DNA of 64,000 bases from a virus. Where the stretch lies: positions 32,001 to 96,000 of the IMG/VR virus record IMGVR_UViG_3300035703_000036. One strand, given 5' to 3'. Position 1 is the stretch's first letter; the number at the start of each line of letters is the position of its first letter. The position numbers were made by a program, and so were the translations under genes. Below are positions 39,861-49,047 of the stretch, one piece after another. Under the pieces are notes generated by a model. That model was not told the origin of the DNA. It was given only the letters and a program-made list of their open reading frames with translations, and ran no database searches.

Positions 39861-41360
39861 TTATTTTTTAAGGCCTTCCCAATCATAAACACCGTTACCC
39901 CCAAAAACTTCGTCAGCAAATCCTAATTCTACGGCTTGTTGGGCACTTAGGAATACGTCTTCTTTTTTATTCATTTGATCAATAAGCCATTTTCTAATCG
40001 TTTCTTCTTTCTTGTCTTTCATAGATCCTTGTTTTTTAATAGAATCTATATAAATGTCCAGCATTTGTTTTTGCCTAATATTTTCCTGCTCCATTTCAGT
40101 TCGAAATTGCTTGACTGTGCCGCTCATTCCTAGGGTTCCTTCGTGAAACATGAATACAGCATGAGGCATCATGACTCGCTTATCTGCAGCCTGTAGGATT
40201 AGTGACGACATACTTCTAGCGTGTGTGTAGACTAGGATAATGATTTTATTTGGGCACGATTTAAGGGCGTCATAAATAGCCATACCCTCTGACCAGTCGC
40301 CTCCGCAATTGTGAACCGCCACATGATTAGCTACGTATGAGTGATCTTCTTCTACTGTAATATTGTAGACTTTTTGTCTGTAAGTATTTTTTTTAACATG
40401 TTTACTGGTAACTTTTACTTTGCAAAATCCGCTTTCTTCATCGTATTCATACCAAGTATAGAAGCTTTTAGATGCCTGATTATTATATGGATGATGCCAT
40501 ACAACATCGTCTACATATTCCATAATTTTAGCGTTTTCATATTTTTGTTTTTTTACTTCTAAAGATTTACCTGTCATTTTTTCTACTTCAAAAGCTACTA
40601 TTTTACCTTCCTTGTAGCCAATAATATCAGGTATAACTCCAGCGCCTACTGGAACTACTTGCCATCCTTCATTTTTAAGTTTTTCACAAAAAGGCAGTAT
40701 GTCCTGTTCAAGATGAGATTGTTGGCTACCTATTCCTTTTCTTTTTAATCTGTCGCAATTAAAGTTCTTTTTTCTTCTCCAAAAAGGTACTTTTTCTCCT
40801 GTAAATTCACAATCTTTTGATTCTACAAAAATAACATCATCTTCCACTACATCTTTTATTGGTACAAAAATTTTTTTACCTTCACGCTCTACCATAATAG
40901 GATGATCGGCTGTGGCGGTTATTTTTGTAGATTGGTGTTTACTTCTACCATAATATAGAGTGACCATATCTCCTTCATACATGTGAGACATAGTATCGAT
41001 AACTTTTCTATATCTACCCTTATGGGTCATTACCATATCGCCTATTTTTATATCTACAATTTTTTTATTGCCTTTATCTGTAAGAATATTGGTTTTTCTT
41101 GAAAAACAAGTTTTCATGTGAATTAAGATAGGCTCATCAGATTTTCTCATAAGGATGTTAAGATTCTTAATAAATCTATTGGCCATAACGTATTCCACGC
41201 CAGGCTCATCTCCTTCATGGACGTCTGAGTATGTATCTTCCCCAAACAGATATAAGGCGTTTGATTTTAAATCAATATTATACTCATGACTATGCCATAC
41301 TGGGTCGTCAGTCTTATATCCTTTAACATTTTTTTCTTTAATGTGCGTTAACTGACTCAC
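39861..41360 (-). CDS. clpP: ClpP-like protease precursor containing an intein
   Basis: GMAIYD, ARSMSS (Ser), MFHE (His), DVFLSAQQAVELGFADEV (Asp). Confidence 0.88.
   Translation of the reverse strand: MSQLTHIKEKNVKGYKTDDPVWHSHEYNIDLKSNALYLFGEDTYSDVHEGDEPGVEYVMANRFIKNLNILMRKSDEPILIHMKTCFSRKTNILTDKGNKKIVDIKIGDMVMTHKGRYRKVIDTMSHMYEGDMVTLYYGRSKHQSTKITATADHPIMVEREGKKIFVPIKDVVEDDVIFVESKDCEFTGEKVPFWRRKKNFNCDRLKRKGIGSQQSHLEQDILPFCEKLKNEGWQVVPVGAGVIPDIIGYKEGKIVAFEVEKMTGKSLEVKKQKYENAKIMEYVDDVVWHHPYNNQASKSFYTWYEYDEESGFCKVKVTSKHVKKNTYRQKVYNITVEEDHSYVANHVAVHNCGGDWSEGMAIYDALKSCPNKIIILVYTHARSMSSLILQAADKRVMMPHAVFMFHEGTLGMSGTVKQFRTEMEQENIRQKQMLDIYIDSIKKQGSMKDKKEETIRKWLIDQMNKKEDVFLSAQQAVELGFADEVFGGNGVYDWEGLKK
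40308..41108 (-). mobile_element. Intein (267 aa) with central PD-(D/E)xK-like nuclease domain
   Basis: C1 CFSRKT, block B TADHP, block F VYNITVEEDHSY, terminal VHN followed by C+1. Confidence 0.92.
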
Positions 41361-42241
41361 TTATTACCTCTCAGTACTTGATTAAATCCGTTCCTAATAC
41401 TATTATACCATTCATTCCTGTTAAAATCTCTTTCTTCTTGATAAAACTTATCTAATTCTGCAGCGGCTTGATCTAACGTAAACCCTGCTTTACAAAACTC
41501 TATACCGAGCTTAAACCACGTATTTTGCCGTCCGCCTCTTTTGCTAAAATCTATTCCATTATGAAGCTCAGCTAATAGCCATACAGGTAATGAAGTTAAG
41601 TTGCCTCCGGCTAATTTTACATCATATTCTCGATCTATTATTTTTGGCTTAGGCTTTTTATCGGGATGTTTGTTTAGCCATATATATAAATCCTCTTTCT
41701 TAATTCTTTCTTTTAGCCAAATTAAACGCTGAATATTGCCTGTCTCAACTCTTTTATTATTTGGAAATCTAATGCTTCTAGTAGGATTTTTAGTAAGCTG
41801 ATCGGCCTTGCTCATTATGTTTAATATCCATTCCGCAATAAATTTATAGTTCTCTATACTCTCTAGATCTTTATCTAAAACTATTCCAAAATGTAAGCTT
41901 TTACTTCCTGAAAAAACACAGGCGCTAAAAGGCATTTCCATTTTATCAATATAGGATCTTTGCTCAGGAAGAGACAGTCCGTCCACTTCTACTAGAAAAC
42001 TTCTAAAAGCAGTCACATTATCATCTTGTCTAAAACCTTTTACAGGGTTTAAGGCCATAAGATTAATATCATATTCCGATATTTTAAATGGCTTTATATC
42101 TTTATTGGGAGATATCAAAGTAAAATCATCATTGAGATCTTCCTGATTAATACTATGGTATCCATATTTACTATTTGATACGCAAATAGTTTCACCCTCA
42201 TTAAAAAAAAGATTAAGAAAATCCTTAGTCTCTTTTCTCAC
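41357..42241 (-). CDS. Primase/prim-pol (AEP-like) with helical C-terminal domain
   Basis: LVEVD, FSGSKSLH, R..R.P motifs; adjacent to helicase. Confidence 0.75.
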   Translation of the reverse strand: MRKETKDFLNLFFNEGETICVSNSKYGYHSINQEDLNDDFTLISPNKDIKPFKISEYDINLMALNPVKGFRQDDNVTAFRSFLVEVDGLSLPEQRSYIDKMEMPFSACVFSGSKSLHFGIVLDKDLESIENYKFIAEWILNIMSKADQLTKNPTRSIRFPNNKRVETGNIQRLIWLKERIKKEDLYIWLNKHPDKKPKPKIIDREYDVKLAGGNLTSLPVWLLAELHNGIDFSKRGGRQNTWFKLGIEFCKAGFTLDQAAAELDKFYQEERDFNRNEWYNSIRNGFNQVLRGNK

Positions 42242-43328
42242 CAGAACCTCCGCCAGTGGTTTTTCTCATAAGCTCAGCGGTTTCTTTAGCGGTTTTCTCC
42301 AGTTGAATTCTGTTTTTAAATTCATCAGTATATTCAACATATTGCCCTCTATCAAATCCGCAAGTAATAGTAATCCCTGCTTGATGTGAGAAACGGTTTT
42401 TATGGAAAATAAATTCAGTACATCTATCGGCCTTATTTGCTTTAACTTCAACACCTACTGTGGCTGAGTTTAGGATAGATTTTCTACCTTCAATTCTTTG
42501 TTTAAAAGAAGCATTATCCTTGGTTGCTGGGTGTAGCTGGCTAAGTATGACTAGTGGGCACTTTAGTTTTCTACGATAAATATCTAGTAATTTACCCAGC
42601 CTGTGCTGAACCTGCAATTCTGTCATTTCAGGGAATTTTTTTGAAAATTCAATATTCTGGTAGTAATCCAGTATCACAACCCCATACTTCTCACCCTTAC
42701 TCTCTTCAGCGACAATGTTATCTAAAATGGAAATGATACCTTCAAGGGAGGTCGTAAAACCCGACGATCCACCATAATTATCATCTAATACTAGCATTCT
42801 TTGAGATAGGATCTTTACAGATTCTTTATATACTGGGATTCTTTCTTTAGGGATAGACTGGTGATCAGTATAGGCCCACCCTTTAATTAAGGAAGTAACT
42901 CTATTGTAAACATCATCTTTAGATTCTTCGTTTGTAATTACAACTACTTTGTTTCTATCTGCACTCTGTTTAATTGTTTGCAAACAAAGGTTAGAAGTTA
43001 AGGTTGTTTTACCTTCACCTGTTAAGGCTCCTAACAATATCAGATTCCTACCAAAAAATGGCATTACTCCCTTGAATTGATTATTGATAAATACAGGTGC
43101 ATTCCTAGCAAGCACGAAGTATTCTTCCATGCTTTCAGTGATATTGTTTACGTAGTCATCATCGCCAAACTTAAGGTTAATTTTCTTAAAAGCTTCATTA
43201 TCTTTTTCATTCTGAACAGTTCTTTCATATTCTCGATTAGTTTTTGCCTTCTTAAGGTAAAACTGCTTATCACTGAGATCTGCCGCTTCTTTTAGCGTAT
43301 CTTCAGGGGATTGGATTGCATTACTCAT
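42225..43328 (-). CDS. Replicative DNA helicase (DnaB/SF4-like)
   Basis: GALTGEGKT, ITNE, ILDYYQ, LSQL, KNR. Confidence 0.85.
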   Translation of the reverse strand: MSNAIQSPEDTLKEAADLSDKQFYLKKAKTNREYERTVQNEKDNEAFKKINLKFGDDDYVNNITESMEEYFVLARNAPVFINNQFKGVMPFFGRNLILLGALTGEGKTTLTSNLCLQTIKQSADRNKVVVITNEESKDDVYNRVTSLIKGWAYTDHQSIPKERIPVYKESVKILSQRMLVLDDNYGGSSGFTTSLEGIISILDNIVAEESKGEKYGVVILDYYQNIEFSKKFPEMTELQVQHRLGKLLDIYRRKLKCPLVILSQLHPATKDNASFKQRIEGRKSILNSATVGVEVKANKADRCTEFIFHKNRFSHQAGITITCGFDRGQYVEYTDEFKNRIQLEKTAKETAELMRKTTGGGSGEKRD

Positions 43329-43779
43329 TATTCTTTACCTCAACGCCCAAAAGTTTACAATACTCTTCATCTATCTCCATAGACCTAAGCTCTTCTGCAT
43401 CTATTGAAATTACCGGCTCATCTGCCGTTAGATCTACTTCATCCTCGTCAATAATTAAATTGCCTTCCTTGGCTTTTACATCTTCCTTAACTTTAACTGT
43501 CTTATTAATTAAATGGCCTAAAAAAACTATATTGATAGCTTTCTGTATGTCCTTCATTACATAATTTCTTCTCTTTACTTCTAAACAATCCGGTGTGTTT
43601 TCTTCTAATTTACATGTTAAATTTAAAATATGATTGGCTATTTCTTCATCAAATAAATTCTTATCCGCCCCTTCAATTCTGGATTTTACAAACAATTTAA
43701 TTAACATTGTCAGTCTGCTTTCTGGAGTTACCAAAGCATAATCATAGCAAAGTTTTTTAAATTCTATCTTATCCATCAT
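43321..43779 (-). CDS. Hypothetical protein, possibly leaderless
   Basis: ATG 4 nt after TGGTATAAT; no SD. Confidence 0.65.
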   Translation of the reverse strand: MMDKIEFKKLCYDYALVTPESRLTMLIKLFVKSRIEGADKNLFDEEIANHILNLTCKLEENTPDCLEVKRRNYVMKDIQKAINIVFLGHLINKTVKVKEDVKAKEGNLIIDEDEVDLTADEPVISIDAEELRSMEIDEEYCKLLGVEVKNNE

Positions 43780-43784
43780 TTCAA

Positions 43785-44675
43785 TTATACCACATTTCTC
43801 ATATCTTTCAAAAGACGTCGTGCTATTTTTACTTCTTCCTTAAGAGTATCATTTGTCGCATGGTCATAAATGAACTTATTTAACATTTTTCTTTTGCTTT
43901 TTTTATCGAAATTTTGAAATTTCCTTTCTAAAGCCTCAAATTCCACCTCTTTCTGAAGAAACGAACATGCGATTTCAGGATCTTCATAGTAGATATTTCT
44001 AGACATAAAGGCTTCTTCATGCTCTTCTACCGTAAGACTTCTCGGCATTTCCTCATAAATATGAACTTTAAAGCCTTTATCGTCAAACATCTCCCCATAC
44101 TCGCCTTTAGGCTTTTTCTTAATCTCTTTAAATTCATTCTGAGTTACAACTCTAAATCCATATTTCTTAGGCTCTTTAGCAACCATATAAATATCAACTT
44201 TCTTTGACTTGTCAGTCTCAGCCAAATAGATCTTTACGTGAGATCCTCCCAATATATTTCTTCCTTTCCTCACAAAAACTAGGCAGCAATGGTACAATTT
44301 TTGTCTTAAAAAATTAATAAGGTTATTCCTTTCAACCCTATTAACTTCTTCTTTGGGAGGGTGGGCATCCTTGCCGTGCTTAGCTTTATACTTCATCAGG
44401 AACTTTTCCATAGCTTTTTCATTGTGCCTTAAACTATATAGGCTCATATAATATATGGCATACATATTTGAAATAGAAATCAAATCTTCCATCTCAAAAC
44501 CAACAATCCTCATAACATTATGATTTTGTTGATAAATTATCTCGGTAGTATTCCAAATAATCCCCCTATATTCTCTAATATAGGAGCCATCCATTTCAGC
44601 TATTCTTCCGGCCAAATCATGCCTCAAATACAGCTCCTCAAAATTATCATCAAATGTTTTTTCTCTTTTAGCCAC
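43785..44675 (-). CDS. Putative divergent sigma-factor-like protein (region 2-like; start moved to GTG 44675)
   Basis: YRGII...GFEMEDLIS and NLINFLRQKL resemble sigma 2.1-2.4; AAGGAG RBS. ORF is secure, function tentative. Confidence 0.4.
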   Translation of the reverse strand: MAKREKTFDDNFEELYLRHDLAGRIAEMDGSYIREYRGIIWNTTEIIYQQNHNVMRIVGFEMEDLISISNMYAIYYMSLYSLRHNEKAMEKFLMKYKAKHGKDAHPPKEEVNRVERNNLINFLRQKLYHCCLVFVRKGRNILGGSHVKIYLAETDKSKKVDIYMVAKEPKKYGFRVVTQNEFKEIKKKPKGEYGEMFDDKGFKVHIYEEMPRSLTVEEHEEAFMSRNIYYEDPEIACSFLQKEVEFEALERKFQNFDKKSKRKMLNKFIYDHATNDTLKEEVKIARRLLKDMRNVV

Positions 44676-44685
44676 GGTGTTCTCC

Positions 44686-45051
44686 TTATTTAAATATAAG
44701 TGTGTATTTTCCCTTGTAAACTTCAAGATTTTTTGGGTATACTTGCATATTTCTAACTGTTGAATTTCCCCAGCATTCTGTGGAGACGTCTCTAATTTCA
44801 ATCTTCATCTCCTTTTCATATTCTTCATCTTTTTCTTGATTATACATTGAAACCATAGCCATTACATCTTGGTTAGGTACTTCAATTTCAAACCCCTGAA
44901 TTCCATCAGAGTAAATCTCCATAATCAGGCTCCACTTGATCTCTACTTCGGCTGAGCCGCCTTCCGCATCCACATGAAGGCTATTTTTGTAAATATCCAT
45001 ATTTACTTTAGATGTAAAGTCAATTTTTTGAAAACCTATAAATTTACTCAT
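44686..45051 (-). CDS. Hypothetical early protein
   Basis: GGAGG RBS; own promoter TAGAAA-N17-TATAAT (45070-45098). Confidence 0.75.
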   Translation of the reverse strand: MSKFIGFQKIDFTSKVNMDIYKNSLHVDAEGGSAEVEIKWSLIMEIYSDGIQGFEIEVPNQDVMAMVSMYNQEKDEEYEKEMKIEIRDVSTECWGNSTVRNMQVYPKNLEVYKGKYTLIFK

Positions 45052-45099
45052 AAAACCTCCGATATTGATATTATATCAGAAAATTATAAAAATTTCTAT

Positions 45100-45128
45100 A
45101 AAAAAGTGGGCTTTCGCCCACTTTTTTT
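45100..45128. terminator. Bidirectional intrinsic terminator
   Basis: AAAAAGTGGGC-TTTC-GCCCACTTTTT. Confidence 0.9.
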
Positions 45129-46056
45129 ATGCTGCCATCTCAACTGCCGTGTTAAGGGCTCTTTCTAGGATCGTTTTTGACTGACCAAACCAAAGATTGT
45201 TTAGTCTTGTCTGGGCGTCAGTACCTCTTTCGTATTGAAGGTATTCTGAAACGCTATTATAAGCCGCCCAATATGTACCCTTAATTTCTCTCATATCGTT
45301 TCCGCGGCCCTTTTCAAAAAGCGGAATAATGTTGCTTAGTAGCTTCTTGCCTGAATCTTCTTCTTCCAATTTGAAGACTAATTTAATAAACTTCTCTAAA
45401 TCTTTTCCATTGATATCTTTATTAGCAAGAAATTTATACTGGGCCAATGTAGCTTCAAAAGCGTTATTAGCTAGATTCATAACTTTACCGATAGCCTCAA
45501 GATTCTCTTCAACTTTTTGAGAATGCTTAATACGGATCAGTTGAGACTCGCCATTGTGATGAGCCATGCTTAAAGTATTTTGACAAACTACTCTCTGAGG
45601 AGTAAATCCAGCTCTTACTGCCATAGTTCCATCATGGCTATTAGAAAGTAGAATGTAGCGCTCAATAACGTCATTACCTTTAACTACGTCAAGGTCAGAT
45701 TTAATTTTTGCTTGTACCCAAACTCTCTTACCTTTCATAAGAGATCCGGCAGTTTCAATCTGTGCCATTCCAGACTCAACGAATGGATTAAAGAAGTCAA
45801 AAGCATTTTTATTCTGTAATGGCTTGTAGTTATTTCCAACAACTCCAAGGATAGAGTTGTCAGAATCACGCACATTCGCCATAGCCGGAACATCTCTTCC
45901 GTCATCTAAATAGATTTTCTTTGTAGAAACAGTCCAATCAAGTCCTGCGGCTACCATAGCTTCTTCAAGAGTTTTAGGCGCCTCAATAAAGCGAGATCCA
46001 AGGTTGTGCCAAGGTGTTGCTCCTACATACATCATTTCTTCTACCATGTGTGCCAT
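45127..46056 (-). CDS. DUF932 (TIGR03299-type) phage/plasmid protein
   Basis: PWH.LG, LGVVG..Y.PLQN, ETAGSL..G, NSHDG, RVVCQNT. Confidence 0.9.
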   Translation of the reverse strand: MAHMVEEMMYVGATPWHNLGSRFIEAPKTLEEAMVAAGLDWTVSTKKIYLDDGRDVPAMANVRDSDNSILGVVGNNYKPLQNKNAFDFFNPFVESGMAQIETAGSLMKGKRVWVQAKIKSDLDVVKGNDVIERYILLSNSHDGTMAVRAGFTPQRVVCQNTLSMAHHNGESQLIRIKHSQKVEENLEAIGKVMNLANNAFEATLAQYKFLANKDINGKDLEKFIKLVFKLEEEDSGKKLLSNIIPLFEKGRGNDMREIKGTYWAAYNSVSEYLQYERGTDAQTRLNNLWFGQSKTILERALNTAVEMAA

Positions 46057-46088
46057 AAAATTTTCTCCTTTGTTTTATTCGATAACTG

Positions 46089-46117
46089 ATTATACTACTA
46101 ATAATAAATATGATCAA
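46089..46117 (-). promoter_or_regulatory. sigma70-type promoter TTGATC-N17-TATAAT
   Basis: Direct match. Confidence 0.75.
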
Positions 46118-46126
46118 TACTTTTTT

Positions 46127-46396
46127 TTAAAAATCTTCGTCTTCTTCAATCATTTCAGCAGCTTGCTCATCAAAAGACTTTAAACTTTTATTAGAAGGTA
46201 AGAATTTAGAGAGATCATAGCTAGATTCTACTCTAAAAAAATCACTTAAAAATCCATCCATCAATTTCATTCCTGCTAAAAATGAGAGTACAATTAATGC
46301 TACCGATAGAGGATTCATTCCTTCTTTAACCATTTTTAATAAATTAAATCCAATCACAACATCTAAAACAATAATTGCTAATAATTTCTTTTTCAT
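46127..46396 (-). CDS. Two-TM membrane protein
   Basis: GGAG RBS; hydrophobic helices. Confidence 0.7.
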   Translation of the reverse strand: MKKKLLAIIVLDVVIGFNLLKMVKEGMNPLSVALIVLSFLAGMKLMDGFLSDFFRVESSYDLSKFLPSNKSLKSFDEQAAEMIEEDEDF

Positions 46397-46404
46397 AATC
46401 TCTC

Positions 46405-46707
46405 CTATAGTGTTATTAAAAGTCCGGTTACTTCTGTAAAAATTTCTTGTAAATTTTCACTATAAACATCTTCAAAAGATGCGATAGTTTTTGTCTTTGT
46501 TCCTCTTATCGAAAGAAACGTCATTTCGTATAAATCTTTTCCATAGACGTATTTAACTATTACATGACTTACTTTTCCTGCGTTTCTTCCTAAGCCAAAA
46601 GATAAGTAGTCAGTTCCTGCCCCCAAATTTTTTGCTCCTGACATAATGACGAATCTATTTCCGCCTAACTGGTCTAATATTGTTTGAGCTACTTCTAATT
46701 TATTCAT
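46405..46707 (-). CDS. Conserved small phage protein (ILDQLGG..F..M.GAK family)
   Basis: Recognisable phage motif; AGGAG RBS. Confidence 0.75.
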   Translation of the reverse strand: MNKLEVAQTILDQLGGNRFVIMSGAKNLGAGTDYLSFGLGRNAGKVSHVIVKYVYGKDLYEMTFLSIRGTKTKTIASFEDVYSENLQEIFTEVTGLLITL

Positions 46708-46718
46708 AAAAACTCCTA

Positions 46719-46979
46719 TTAATTATTTACGATTTGATAGGCGTCAAGCATAAAATCGATTACCATTTGCTCAGTCAAAGCATTCCAATAGCACATTTCT
46801 GATTTACTTCCTAGCCATTTAATATTAAAAAGTTTATCTTCAGCTCTATAAAAGACAGTAACATTACATACTATATCAAAAACCTTACAGTCAACAACGA
46901 TAACTGATCCTTGTTTTTTAGCAAGGCGAATATCTTGCTTAGCAAATCTTGTAAGAGATTTTTTAAGTGATGCTTCCAT
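46719..46979 (-). CDS. Hypothetical early protein
   Basis: AAGGAG RBS; own promoter. Confidence 0.7.
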   Translation of the reverse strand: MEASLKKSLTRFAKQDIRLAKKQGSVIVVDCKVFDIVCNVTVFYRAEDKLFNIKWLGSKSEMCYWNALTEQMVIDFMLDAYQIVNN

Positions 46980-47008
46980 TTTTGTCTCCTTGTTTTAGGT
47001 TATAAGGT

Positions 47009-47037
47009 ATTATACAGTACAAATTAAAATAAATCAA
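47009..47037 (-). promoter_or_regulatory. sigma70-type promoter TTGATT-N17-TATAAT
   Basis: Direct match. Confidence 0.75.
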
Positions 47038-47046
47038 CATTATTTT

Positions 47047-47340
47047 TTATCTTTCATTTTCATATTTTTCATAATAGTACTCATCAGCTTCAGCCGCTCC
47101 AAGAAGGACAGCCATCAAATAATGTTTTGTATTATTTAAAAATTCTGATTCGCTAACTTTGCTTTCCAAGACCCATAAAATCTGACGGTCATCATTAAAC
47201 CTTGCCGTCATTCTAAAAACGTGAGAAGGAAATTCCTTTTTAAAATCTTCTCTAGCTAAATCAACACAAGCGGCAAATACCGCGATCGCCTGCTCAGAGT
47301 AGCTATTAGCTGGACAACTTTTTCCCCAAATTGATTTCAT
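47047..47340 (-). CDS. Hypothetical early protein
   Basis: GGAGG RBS; own promoter. Confidence 0.7.
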   Translation of the reverse strand: MKSIWGKSCPANSYSEQAIAVFAACVDLAREDFKKEFPSHVFRMTARFNDDRQILWVLESKVSESEFLNNTKHYLMAVLLGAAEADEYYYEKYENER

Positions 47341-47363
47341 AAAAAACCTCCGTTATATATGGT

Positions 47364-47392
47364 ATTATAACATTTTTATAAAAAACAATCAA
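47364..47392 (-). promoter_or_regulatory. sigma70-type promoter TTGATT-N17-TATAAT with TGn
   Basis: Direct match. Confidence 0.75.
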
Positions 47393-47430
47393 GAAAAAAG
47401 ATAGCACATAAGTACTTGATATTAATGAAG

Positions 47431-47451
47431 AAGGCCCCTTCATGGGGCCTT
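47431..47451 (-). terminator. GC-rich hairpin after recA, probable terminator
   Basis: AAGGCCCC/GGGGCCTT stem; weak U-tract. Confidence 0.6.
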
Positions 47452-47470
47452 TGGGAGGGGAAGGAGAGAG

Positions 47471-48511
47471 TCACAGGTCTCTTGCGTAGACCTGATCTAG
47501 TATTTTCTTAGCAATTTTTTCGTCCTTCAAAGCCTCAGCAAACTCGGCTTTGGAACTATACTGTACGCCATCCATGACGTAAGTTCTATTATTTGGTCGC
47601 TCTACAAGACCTAAATTTTTTGCCATCTCAAAAACTTCTTCATAAGTATTAACGAGACCTTCTTTGTAGCTCAAAGTAAATTCACCGCTTCTTCCTGCCA
47701 CACCTACTGATGATTCGGACATCTTAGCGTAAATTTTATGTCCTGTTACTTCTTTATTTCCACGAAAATCTTTTGCGCCATCATCCTCAAATTTATTTCC
47801 CAAAACATCTGCTTTACTCTCGGCACTATTATCTCTTTTGATTTCTACAAAATATTCAAAGAAATGTTTTTGAGCCCAAGCTCCGGCCATTTTTTCTTTT
47901 GGGCCATACATGCCAGCATCTAAATTAGCTCTGATATGTGAAGTACAAATTAAGGCTATTTTATGTTTTCTAATAATAGGCAAAATAGCTTTCAATCCTT
48001 TCTGAATAGTAAGCGCGCTATCTCCGATTTGTTGATTAGTAATACTTTCTGCTTGAGATTCGCGAATACCCTGAATGCCCTGAAGTGAATCGATAACAAT
48101 CAACTTAAGAGGCATTCCGTCCTCAACCATAGGTGCGATTTCGCGCACAATCCTATCAAAAATTAATTCTGGCTGGTTTACGTTATATGCGATATATCTA
48201 TCTTGATCAACGCCCCAATAATCGGCCATCTGACCTTCTTCTCTCATTTCTGTATTAAATTTGATGACCATAGCGTTTTTATCTGCCTGATGCAATGCTC
48301 CTGCAAACAAATTTGATACTAAAGATTTACCTGATTTTGGAGGGCCAAAAAGAACCGCACTATATCCAAAAGGAATGCCTGCTCCCTTTCCAAAAATCCA
48401 ATTTAAACTAGGTGATTTTGATTGTAATACATTTCCTTTTGCAAAAGGATCGTATTCTTTATCTACCGCTCCATCCATGCTTTGGAGAGTCTTCATCCAT
48501 TTATTACTCAT
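47471..48511 (-). CDS. recA: RecA/UvsX-like recombinase
   Basis: S.SL...G.GIP.G, GPPKSGKS, IVIDS. Confidence 0.88.
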   Translation of the reverse strand: MSNKWMKTLQSMDGAVDKEYDPFAKGNVLQSKSPSLNWIFGKGAGIPFGYSAVLFGPPKSGKSLVSNLFAGALHQADKNAMVIKFNTEMREEGQMADYWGVDQDRYIAYNVNQPELIFDRIVREIAPMVEDGMPLKLIVIDSLQGIQGIRESQAESITNQQIGDSALTIQKGLKAILPIIRKHKIALICTSHIRANLDAGMYGPKEKMAGAWAQKHFFEYFVEIKRDNSAESKADVLGNKFEDDGAKDFRGNKEVTGHKIYAKMSESSVGVAGRSGEFTLSYKEGLVNTYEEVFEMAKNLGLVERPNNRTYVMDGVQYSSKAEFAEALKDEKIAKKILDQVYARDL

Positions 48512-48519
48512 ATTTACTC

Positions 48520-49047
48520 CTATTTAGTTACGTATTTATCGCCAGAAATTCCGCTTCTAATTACTAAGTCCATTTCTTTCTTGATAAATCTAGAAACATT
48601 TTCAAAATATTTAATATAGCTACCTTCAATAAGTTCAGACATAGCCTTTAAAGAATCGATCCTATCCTGAGCTTCAACATAATCTTTTTGCTTTTCTAAA
48701 AAAGCATCCCTGATTGTAGCGTTGTCCTTCAATCCCTTATCCTTAAGAAATTGAGGATAATCATCTAAAATTGCTCTTGATCTGGCTTCTCTAAGGGCTT
48801 TTTCTGCCTGAGTTATCTCATAATTAATGACGGTTAATATCTTCTTTCCTTGACGATATCCTTCATTAAAAGTGTATTCTAAATCATAGTAGGTAGCAGG
48901 GTTAACAGCTTTAGCTTCGATCAATCTTTTTCTAGCGTCCATCATCTTAGTCATATCAAGATAAATTGCTGGCTTGGAATTAAAGGCCGGTATTACTAAC
49001 TCGGCCTTTTCGTCAAAATTTGTAGGCAAAGATTGATCGTTGCTCAT
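48520..49047 (-). CDS. Coiled-coil protein, possible UvsY-like recombination mediator
   Basis: Helical; lies between SSB and RecA. Confidence 0.45.
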   Translation of the reverse strand: MSNDQSLPTNFDEKAELVIPAFNSKPAIYLDMTKMMDARKRLIEAKAVNPATYYDLEYTFNEGYRQGKKILTVINYEITQAEKALREARSRAILDDYPQFLKDKGLKDNATIRDAFLEKQKDYVEAQDRIDSLKAMSELIEGSYIKYFENVSRFIKKEMDLVIRSGISGDKYVTK

